Part shown: piece by piece, positions 28,401 through 40,400 of the stretch
How positions within the stretch are numbered: the first letter of the stretch is position 1
Layout: each line of letters opens with the position of its first letter
Assembly (NCBI GenBank): GCA_964016885.1
Contig: OZ024746.1
Span: forward strand, 102,176,001 to 102,240,000
Direction of reading: 5' to 3'
Length of the DNA: 64,000 bases
DNA from: Eledone cirrhosa
Lineage: Eukaryota
Position numbers and translations under genes: made by a program
Notes under the pieces: generated by a model
Told to the model about the DNA's origin: nothing
What the model saw: only the letters and a program-made list of their open reading frames with translations
Databases searched by the model: none

Positions 28401-31400
28401 CTTTTAGTTCAAACCTGACGCAACCAGTCACTTATACTGGCATTAAGGTATTGTTGTCAAAATAATATCATCAAATTCCCGTAAATTTGATATTATGTGA
28501 GATAAAGTCTTTACGATGAAAATACAATAAATATAGAGTAATGGAGATGATAAAGGGATAAGGTAACTATTAACCCTCTAAAATGGGTGGTTTTGTTTCC
28601 TAGAATGGTTTGGGGCAGGTTAGTATCAAAATAAAAAAAAAACTTCAACTGTTATATAAAAAATAAAAATAAAATCATTTCTATTTATTACCAGGATTTT
28701 TCATTTATCTCAAATTTTCATTGCATAAAAATACTTAGAGCTGTCAAATTTTATATTTCTATTTAAAAGGGCAACATGTATCTAATTTAACTTTCTAACA
28801 GTTTATAATAGGAGGCAGAGACACTAAAACACCAGATAGAATACTTTACAGTATTTATTTCAGCTTTATGCCCTTCACTGTTTTGAGGTTTAGCAGTCAA
28901 GTACATGGGGCAATTTTGTCTCACTTTCTCTGGAAGTAATTGGCTGTGTCAGACTTAGAGAGTGTGCTATTATCACGACAAATCCATCACGACTACATGA
29001 GGAGTTTTGGGCTCATGGAGAGATATATGGCACACTGATAAAGTTCAACTAATTATCAACATATATCTAACAACACATTATCCTTACTATACGACATTAT
29101 TTGCTATGTTCAATTGTCTAACAGTATTTAAAAGGGAGTATATTATTGTTTTTTTAAAACTAAAGGATGGCTTACCTTTGTCTTTACTTTGATTTTCATG
29201 AATAATCTTTAGTTTATTTAAATTAAAAAGCACTGAATAAAGGGTTTGTCTGACAGGTCGATATAGTTCCACATAGGAAATAAGATCCCGGCTGACATCT
29301 TCTTCCAAACACACCTCTAATTTGACTTCACCCTGAAATAAGACAGATTTTTCATAATTAACCCTTAAAAAAAAAATAGCAAAGGAGGAAAAAAGAAAAA
29401 AAGTTTTGAACAATATTTACCTGAGATAATAACTGGTACACCCAGGGACTCATTAAACCTTTCTGATGTCTTTCACTGGCTATACGCATAATTTCAGGAG
29501 ATATTTGAGGAAGTTTAAAATCTAAATCGTTCTGTGAATGTTCATTTTTCACACATTTGTTCGAATTCTGTACAAAAATAATAAGATATATATATACATA
29601 CAAATCTGTAATTATTAGAAATTTATTAAAAAAAATTGTTTACCTTCGATCATCAGTTTCTTACGCCCACTTTTCCATGCTGGCATGGATTAGACAGGAT
29701 GGTTTTACTAACATAAGCCCTTCTCAATGCTAATCTATTCTAAAAACCAGGGTACACACACACACACACATTTAAGGGAGAGATGCTGTACTGAAAAGGA
29801 TCCATCCAACCTACGCAAGAGTGGGAAAATGAACGTAAAAATGATGATACACACACGTGTGCGTGTGTGTGTGTGTATATATATATATATACACACACAT
29901 TTTGTTTTAGTGTCTACCACAAATGCTCCCTAGCACCCTTAAATTTCACCAATAGCATCATTTAACATCTGCAAGGTCTATATGACATATTTCATTTCAA
30001 CCTATTCCATTAACACTTATATTTCCAATCTTCTATAATCACTTATTCATAACAATGTATTTCAGTGTAAATTTGCTGGAAGTTCCATTAATGCCAGTCG
30101 TATGAAGGGTCCAGTTCAGGTTACCAACAATAATAACATGGACTCTGGAAATGAGTGTAGTGAAGGACCACCAGCAAATGTTCCCCTTGAAGTCAAACAC
30201 CCTCCTCACACCTCTTGGACATCACATCTGTGGAAACCATCTGAAAAGTTTTAGCGAAGCAATGAGGAAAAACAACCTCTCTTGATAAAATGGTAGCCAG
30301 TACACCCTGGAAAGTTCTTTGACAATCAAAAGGAGACAACACAAGGTAAAAAGGAGTTTTAGTCATGTCAAGGACATGACAACCTCTAATGTTAATGATA
30401 AAATACACTGTTACATAGTTGGTGTTAGAGGAAAGACAGCTGTAGAACATGTGTGACATGTCCTAAAATAGAACACGTGTGTGATGTGTCTTAAAATAAA
30501 ACACGTGACACGTCCTCTGATCCATTTAGGGGAACATTACTCTGAACAAACTGACTTGGACCCTGAACAGCCAGTCCAACCCATGCCAGCATGAAAAAGG
30601 ACATAAAATATATATCATATATACTCTGAAACATTTCGGTAATGAAAGAAACTCAGATTTGAGAAGAACTCAATTTGTGTTGGTGGCAAGTGATAGTAAG
30701 ATTGGGTTCTTGCTACTAGTATATAATTGGAAGATTATATAGAAAGATGCTAAAACCATGGCTATATGTAGATGACAGATGTAGAAGAAAAATACAATAC
30801 ATTGAGTTCTATATCTTGAATTTAATATTTTAACCAATGAGTGCCAGGTTTTCAACACTGTAATTCAAAAAGATTAAAATTTGTCAACTTTAAAACACGA
30901 TGGAAAAATATTTTCAATAATGATTTTACTGAATTATTCAGCTGCTTTTCAACACAGGTTTGTAGTCAAACCTATAACAGTAGAGACTTCTGGTGTTCTT
31001 GGTCCCTGAAACATCTCCCTCTGTTATTGAGATAGTGTTGGCCACCTGCAGCAAACTGGAATGGTTATTTCAATATGTCTCCAGAGTAACATTTTCTCCA
31101 TTCTGTCTGCTAGGACAATGAGGTGGTTTGTGCCTAATGTACGCCAGAGAGTGATCTCCCACACAGTCCAAGTTTCAATCATTGCGGTAGCTATGATAGA
31201 GTTTGATGATATCTACATTTTGTAACATCTTACAAGTCATTGAAGACATCCGATAAAGAAATAATTGCTATAAGGCTCACATTAAGATTGTATTGTATTC
31301 AAACAATGTTTTTCATTACAATATCAAGTCTTACAAGAAAACTGAACTCTCTCTCTTCTACATATATATTTATACACATTTACACAAACTGAACAGAAGT

Positions 31401-34400
31401 ATTATGAAAAAGATTAAGAATATTGAAATAACATTACTTGTTGAAACTTTTGATTCCATGTGTCATCATTTCTTTTAGAATCACCTGAAATATAATGTTA
31501 AAATATAGACTTCAAGAAGGCAACATTCCCCCTACAAAATAAAGTAAAAAATAACAGCCCCCTCAAACTATGGAAGACTTTGTGAAACCTGGCTAGAACA
31601 TGAGCACATGTTTTGCTGAAGTGAGAAGAGGAATTCCTATCAGATTGTAAAAAATATATACAATGGAGGCACATGGCTTAGTGGTTAGAGCCTTGGCCTT
31701 GCAATCGAAAGGTTGTGAGTTCAATTCTCAGACCGGGTGATGTGTTGTTTCCTTGAGCAAGACACTTTATTTCACATTGCTCCAGTTTACTCAGCTGTAG
31801 AAATGAGATGATAGAGACTGGGGTCCCTATCATTCCACTGCAAAGTGGTCGTGGAGGTGCCACGGCAAAAAAAGCACCCAGCACTCACTGTAAATGAGGT
31901 TGGTGTTAGGAAGGGCATCCAGCTGTAGAAATCAAGCCAGAATCAGTTCCCGTCCCACCCTTGCAAGCAGGGAAAAAGCGGACGTAAAATGAAATGATGA
32001 TGATGATGATGATGAATGTACCCCACTCCAACACAAATGACTAATAATAATAAGTTTCAGCATTTCCCCTACATCCAAGAGATGCCAGGTTCAATTCACA
32101 GATACCTCTGTTCACTTTACCTGATTTTCTCAACTGTCATTTATATTGATTGACTTATTATTGTGTTGGGACACACACATTTCAAATGTTCCCACTGCTT
32201 CTTAAGTCAGCCATTACACCTCGAGCTGCAGGCTTAAAATCTTCTAAATAGATGGACCAGTGTCTATTTAACATAGTGGTTAACAAACCTGTCATCTGAG
32301 AGAGATGTGGAGTTTAATTCTCGCAGGGATCTCCACTTTTTTTTCTCCAGGGGTACTTTACCTAATTTCTCAACTATACAGTGATCAACTATTGTTATGA
32401 TCATTTGCATTGGGGTGCACACATATTAAATTTGCCCAATACTTCCTAAGTATTGGGCAAATTTGAAATGTGTAGTCATGTTATGAAGCCAGGCAGGTTA
32501 GGTGACCATGTCTTGCTCATACAATTCCATTTTAACTTGGTTTTCTAGGACTGGTGCCTAACACCAACCACATAATAGCATGTACTGGGTGCATTTTTGT
32601 CATGGGACCAGCACACTCACCTTACAAGACAGAAGGAAAGGTGTATTAAATGAAAATAAAATTAATAAAAGCCATTCAGTAGTATACAATGAAAAGAAGT
32701 AAATAAAATTGAAACATACCAGACTGATTGGCACCGAAGTCATGCACGTTCTGATTGGGTGGGTCAACAACAATTTGTGGATTAGCATTATCAACATATC
32801 CAGAGGTTTCCTGAGGAGAAATAGTTGAATGTTAGATATACTTATATGAGCACATGCAGACGGAATTTTAATGGATCATCATCATCATCATCACCGTTTT
32901 ACGTCCGTTCTTCCACGCTAGCATGGGTTAGACGGGTTGTCCTGTTGTGGGCAGTGTCTGGTCGGCTGACCATGCCTTGCTCATACAGGAACTGATCTGG
33001 CTTGATTTCTACAGCTGGATGCCCTTCCTAACACCAACCTCATTTACAGTGAGTGCTGGGTGCTTTTTCGTGGCGCCTACACGTCCACTTTACAGTGTGG
33101 GCTGGGTGCTTTTTTTTTTGCCGTGGTACCTCCACGGCCACCTTGCGGTGGGGGAGGAGGGGGGGGGGGGGCATATTGTTTATATGCTTCAGCATGTACC
33201 CATGGGAGGTCGGGTACCCTGTATTACTGCGTGACGCCAGAAGTCACGGTCGTGTGTCATTGACTTTGAGAGGTGTAGTTGGGTAAGGTCGGCTTTTATC
33301 ACCTCATCCCAAGTCATCTTGGGTCTCCCCACTCCGCGGTTTCCATCAACTTCTAGTGCTCTGCACCTTTTTATGCAGCTGTCATCCTTCATACGCATCA
33401 CATGTCCATACCAGCGTAACCGCCTCTCCTGCACGCAGCATTTGATTCCTCTTATGCTCAGTCTCTCTCTCAATTCCTTTATGCTTTGTCGTTCACGTAT
33501 ATTACTGTTACACATCCATCGGAGCATGCAGGCTTCGTTTCTCTCTAATCGACGTAAGTCTTCCACCTTCAGCGCCCAGGTCTCACTACCATGCAACATC
33601 GCTGTTCGGATACACGCATCATACAGTCTGCCTTTCATTCTGAGGGAGAAGCCTTTTGCAGCTAGCAGTGGTAGTAGTTCCCTAAACTTCTTCCATCCCG
33701 TTCTTACCCTAGTTATTGTACTTTCTGAGCACCCACCTCCGTTGCTAATTCGGTCACCTAGGTAGCAGAAGCTGTCTACTGTTTCTACAGGGCCCTCCCA
33801 GAGATTGGTGGTACTTGTTTCCTGTGGCTGTTTGCTTGCTGTTTCAGCACAGCTGCTGCATGTGAATCCTACATTCTTAATTAAGCTTCCTGAGATCCCG
33901 CTACATCTCTTGTGTACCCATTGTTTGCATTTGGGGCAGAGAATGGAGTTTCTACCTACACCTTTCCTACATACTGAGCAAGGCCATTTCCCTGAGGGGA
34001 TCTGGGTTCTGTTTTCTCGTCTACTTACAAGGACCTTAGTCTTTGTCATGTTGACTTTGAGGCCCTTTCTAAGAGCAATGTAGAACTCGGAATCACACCT
34101 TACTACTACCACCATCATTGTCATTAACATTCAATGTCAATTTTCCCCGCTAAGTGAATTAGTGTTAGGATCTATTTTAGTATTAATAAAATCTCTTAAT
34201 CTTACATTATTGTATATTTACTATTATATTTTCAAAGTAAACACTTTATTTCACATAATATCGAATCAATCAGATTTTGATATTATTTATTTTGAGAACA
34301 ATACCGTAACATAAATATGAGCAGCTGGTTTGAACAGAAAGAGGTGAGAGAATTCTGGCTGGATACGGCCAGTTTAAATGCTAAAGGGTTAAATAATGAA

Positions 34401-37400
34401 TAATTAAGATAAATAAGATGCCAAGTACATGCATTTTTCTGAGCAGAATTAAGATAAAAAGTTGTTTTTAAGTGTGAACAGAAATCATGTTTAGTAATTT
34501 CTTGATTAAAGGTGTTTTTTTTAAACTGACATTAAGTTCATAAGATAGTTTATAAATTTGGAACTTTGATCTTGAATCCTTTTGATATCAAATTGCTCCT
34601 GATTCTATATTACAAATGTCTTTACTTTAAAGTGTTTATCTAAAAACCTTTCAGAGTTTAAGTTATATTCCAATCACTAAATCTTTCCATATTCTTGATT
34701 ATTTACAAAATTAATTAAAAATCATAAACTTCCATTAGAATTCTGTTAACGAAAGATAGCCGTTAAACAATGATGATGATGATAATGATGAAAGGGTAAA
34801 AGAAATAAAAAAGAATGTAAAAAAAATGTTTATACAATTAGCATGCCTATAAATTAAAATAAAAACATGTTAAAAACTTACACTTGTATCTGGTTTACTT
34901 TGGCCATTTTGAAGATAGCTGCCAGTTTGTTGTGGAAGACCATTTACTAAGGAAAATGAAATAAAATAACAATGACCAATAAATTATTTACACAAGAACA
35001 CTTCCCTCCCTTTGAATCAAATAGGCTCGTGTTATTTTGTAAAAATAATTGTAATTAATCATACAATAGTTCACAAATGGTGGTAAGAAAGTCTCAGCAG
35101 AAAGTTTTCAGAGAAGAAACCCCAAACTAAAGCAAGTGTTACAAGAAATGTCTTGCTCAAGAACAAGGCAGTACCCAGTCAAGGAATGGAACTTATGACT
35201 ATATGATTGTGGGTATATCACCCTAACTACAAGGCCTTCATACATACTAAATAGATTAATATGTTCCTCAAATTAAAGAATAGGCAGCACTTACTTTTGA
35301 CTCTGGGTTTATATTTCAGGAATCCATCTTGAGTACCATTTAAATAGTACTGGACACTTTGTTTTAATTTTGTTATAAGTTCGTGTTTATTTTTAACTGA
35401 ATCTCTGAAAAATATTAAATATAAATGAAAATAAAATACAAGCCTTCCATTTATTTTTACAATTTTAACATGGTATCTAATTAATTGTTTGTGTAAAGTT
35501 ATAGAACTTATTAGTCATTAGCTTACAGCCCCCAAAGTTATTTGAATGAAATGATATTTACAGCTCTCACCTATATAGGTTTAGCTGGCCTCCTACAAGG
35601 AATCACTTCAGAGGTTTCTTGGGTGTTTTAATGATAGGTAACCAACAATAATTCAACACATAAAAAAAAGTATTTAGCCAAAAATATATATTTTATGCAA
35701 TAATTGTTTCTACTTTTGGCACAAGGACCAGCTATGGAAGTTGAGAGTTATAGGGTCAAAGAAGCAATGAAAGAGATGAAGTATGGTAAAGCTGCAGGAC
35801 CGTCAAAGATAACTGCTGAGATGCTAAAAGCATTGGGAGAAGTAGGAGTTGAACTAATGACCCACAGAGTAAATCAAATAAAACATGACACAGTCATACC
35901 CAATAACTGGTACAGCAGTGCAATCATAAATTGCAACAAGGGCAAAGGTGATGCCCTTGAAAGGAGCAACTATAGAGGAATAAAACTAATGGACTAAGTT
36001 ATGAAAGTGACAAAAAGAGTTATAGAGCAGCTAATTAAGGAAAGAGTCAAAACAGATGAGATGTAGTTTGGTTTCATGCTTGGGAAAAGTTATATAGATG
36101 CCTCTTCCTAGTGAGGCAACTACAGGAAAAGTTCTTAGCCAAAAATAAACCACTATATTTAGCCTTTGAGCTTTTATTTATCTAGAGAAGGCCCTTGACC
36201 CATTATTTGGTGGTCCTTAAGGAAATTAGGTGAAGAAGAATGACTTGTGAGAGTAGTGCAAGCTATGTACAGAGGAGCTGTCAGTAAAGTGAGAGTAGGA
36301 AATGAGTTTAGAGAGGAATTCAAGGCACAGGTAGGATATCATCAAGGTTCGATTCAAGGCCATAACAGATAATTTAGACCTTATAGTTGAATCCATAAAA
36401 GAATTAGAAAATAAGTTAGTTCTCTCTGGAAATGGATTTTGGAATTAAAGAGTCTGAGAGTAAACTTAGCCAAAACTAAAGTGTTAGTGCGTAGGAAAGA
36501 AGATAGGACCCTGATTCCTTCAGGGAAGTGGCCCTGCTCAATATGTAGAAAAGGAGCAGGCATAAACTACATACGATGTACACAAAAGATGTAGTGGGAT
36601 AATGGGTAGACTAACAAGGAAGGAAGACTTTGTTTGTAAAAGATACACAGGAGTAATTGAGGGAAAGAGCGTCAGTGATATAAACCTCTTCAAGTAACAG
36701 GAAGGGTCCATAGAAGTGGCTGATAGGTGACTTAATCAGCAGCAGAAGAGGGTACTCTGAGAGAATAATAGCTAGAATAAGGATATGATGGAAGAAGTTT
36801 AGAAAGCTACTCCCACTGTTGACAAGAAAAGGTTTCTCCTTATGTACAAGGAAGTCACAGTAGAGGTAGACCAAGAAAGACCTGGGCAGAGGTTGAAAAT
36901 GCTGACCTCAAATCGCTGAGACTCACAGAGATGATGAAAAAATGTGGCAAGTGGAGAGATGCTGTGCTGAGAAGGACCCTTCCAACCCGTGCAAGTGTGG
37001 AAAACCGACGTAAAAACGATGATGATGATGATATACATATATATAAAGGTGCATGACTTGGTGATTTTTCATGCTACTCCAGTTCACTCAGCCTTAGAAA
37101 TAAGTTGCGACGTCAATGGTGGCAAGCTGTATCAGCCATTGCCTTTGCTTGAACAACATTGGTGGTGTGGAAAGGGGAGACTAGTATGTATGGGCAACTG
37201 TCGGTCTTCCACAAACAAACCTTGCCCAGGCTTACACAGGGAAACTTTCTAGGTGCAAAACCATGCTCAAAAGCAACCAATAGGGGCCTTTATATATATC
37301 ATCATCATCGTTTAACGTCCATGTTCCACGCTTGCATGGGTTTGGACGGGAGTTTTCCCACTTGAAGCAAGAGTGGTTGTCTTGCTCGCATAGGAGTGCC

Positions 37401-40400
37401 TGGCGGGTTTTCTACAGCTGGATGCCCTTCCTAACACCAACCACATTTACAGTGTTGCCTACACGGCCACAATACAGCGTGGACTGTGTGTTTTTTTGTC
37501 GTGACACCTACACGATCTCATTTGTTTCGGCCTGGATGTTGTGGCACCAACATAACTTTATGTTAGCCATCCGCGGCCGAAACAAAGGATATATGATAAT
37601 ACAAAATGGTGTCATACCCAATGACTGGCACAGCAGCATCATGTCAACTGCTAGATTGGCAAAGGAGATGCTCTAGACAGAGCATAAAGGCATTAAGTTG
37701 GTTGACCAGGAAAGGTCATAAGAGTTTTAGCACAGCTGATTAGGGACAAAGTTAGCTTAGATGAAATGCAGTTTGGATTTGTGCCAGGTAAAAGTACCAT
37801 GGATGCTCTCTTCCTGGTAAGACAACTGCAAGAGAAGTACCTAGCTAAAAGTAAACCCTCTACTTAGCTTTTGTTGACTTGGAGAAAGCCTTTGACAGAG
37901 TCCCCCATTCCATTATATGGTGGGCACTTAGAAAACTAGGAGTAGATGAGTGGCTTATGAGGGCATTACAAGCCATGTATAGAAGAGCAGTCAGCAAGGT
38001 CAGAATTAATAATGACTATAGCGAAGAATTTAGTGTACAGGTAGGTGTCCATCAAGGCTTTGTTCTTAGCCCTCTCCTGTTTATTATCATCCTGCAGGCT
38101 ATAAAGCGAGGAGTTTAAAACTGGCTGCCCATGGGAATTCCTGTATGCAGATTATCTAACTCTCATAGCTGAATCTATGGCAGAACCTGGAAGCAGGGCC
38201 TAGAAACAAAGAGTCTTAGAGTCAACTTGACAACAACTAAGGTCCTAGTATATAAAAAGGAAAACAGGGTCATGATTCCCTCAGGGAAATGGCCTGGTTC
38301 AGTGTGCAGTAAAGGAGTAGGTAGAATGTCCCAAATGCAAGCTGTGAGTACACCAAGAGATGTAGTGGGATCACAGCCAGGCTTGCAAAGAACACGGGTT
38401 TCATATGTGGCCGATGCACAGGTGCTGTAAGTGGCAAGTGCCCACAGGATACTAGCTCCTTCAAATGCCCAGAGGGCTTTGTAGAAGAAGTAGATAATTT
38501 CTGTTATGATCAAATTCGCAGTGGAGGAGGGTGTTCCGAAAGTACAGTAGCCAGGGTAAGAACGGGATGGAGAAAGCTCAGGGAGCTATTATTATTGCTA
38601 GCTACAAAAGGTTTTCCCCTCAACATGAAGGGCAGATTTAATGGTGCATGTATACAAACAGCAAAGTTGGATGGTAGCGAGACCTGGGCACTGTGTACAG
38701 AGGACAGATTGGAAAGAAATGAAGCTTCCATGCTTTGATGTATGTGTAATAAATGAATGGCAAAGTGTAAATGAATTGAGAGAGAGAAAAGGGATCAGAT
38801 GCAGTGTGCAGCAAAGGAGATTGCGCTGGTATGGACATGTGATGCATATGAAGGATAATAGCTGTATAAAAAAGTGCTGATCGCTCAAAGTTGATGGCAG
38901 CTATGGAGTGGGCGGATCTAGGAAGACTTGGGATGAGGTGATAAAAGCTGACCTTGCACAATTGCACGTCTCAAAGGCAACACACAGGACTGTGATCTCT
39001 GGCACTATGCAATAATACCCACCTTCCCATATGCAGGGGCTGAGGCATACATCTAGTATGCACCATCTTCCCTCCATATTGTAATCACCCCCACTCAATT
39101 TCCCAATCTACACTATAAAGTGGTCATCTCGGTTCCATGACAATGAGTGTCCAGTCCACACTGTAAAGTGGTCGTGTAGGTGTCACGACAAAAAGCACCC
39201 AGTCCACACTGCAAGGTGGTTAGCATTAGGAAGGGCATCCAGCTGTAGAAACCAAGCCAAAATCAGTTGTGTGAGTGAATCATGCTCCTCCGACCTGGTC
39301 TCACAACGAGACAGCTTGTCTAACCCATGCTAGTGTGGAAAATGGACATTAGGGTTAGGGTTAGATATATAGACACACACATCATTTTGAAGATGTACTC
39401 AACTGAAAAGAATAAGGTGTAAGTGACAATGAGAGGAAATTCCATTCCAACTCCATTGTTTTTACTTGTTGCAAGCCACACCTTAATAAAACATTAGATC
39501 ATCATTGTTATCATTTTTAATGCCCATTTTCCCTGCTGGAAGGGGGGTGAACAGATTGTCATAGACTGTTTTAATACTCATGTGGAGTTGTCAACCCCTC
39601 AGATGGGCTGGTGCCTGAAGAGCTACCATGACCCTTTGCTTGGCAAGTTTTCTAGTTGGATGCCCTTCTTATCATCAACCACTTTACAGAGTGTACTGGA
39701 TGCATTTATCATGTAAATCACCAACACGAGATGAATTGTCTAGAGCTAGCTACAAGCAGGCTGTGTTTTATTACAGAGGTTCTCTCTGCTAAAGGTAGCA
39801 TATAAACAGGTGTGTTGGGAGTTTGAGGACTGAACTGCACCTCACCACGTAATCAGAAATATCTACTGAAACACATTATACTGCACCTATAGCTTCGTTA
39901 GGCTAGATTATAATACTAAATTAGTTTACAAATACAGTAGGCTATATTAATGTGAATTTCATTTAGAATTGATTATTCTGTATACTCATGGGACGAGATC
40001 TATATGAGCAAGATATGGTCACCTGACCCAACTTGCCTCTAATGGAACAAACCCGTCTAACCCATGCTAGCATGGAAAATAGACGTTAAATGATGATGAT
40101 AAAGTCTCCCCACCCCAGCACATGACTTATCTACTGGGCCTACAAATCCTCAATTCAAAATATATGGTATATTGTAAATGTTCTGTAAAATGGAGATGCA
40201 AATTATACAAGAGTATATTATTATATATTATATTTCATTGTAACTGAAAATGAAAAAAATAAAATATTTCAAATTTATTTGACATTTAAAATAAAAATCC
40301 TAATTCATTGTTAAAGGATTCAGTTTGTCCTATGGAAAATTAGTGAATGTGAGACTGGAATTTAACAATATTTGGGGAGGAAATAATTAAGTTACTTACT

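Noticed and set aside
31665-31740. tRNA gene
   Set aside because: A/B-box-like motifs are present, but I cannot build a convincing cloverleaf and the sequence continues into a SINE body and tail.
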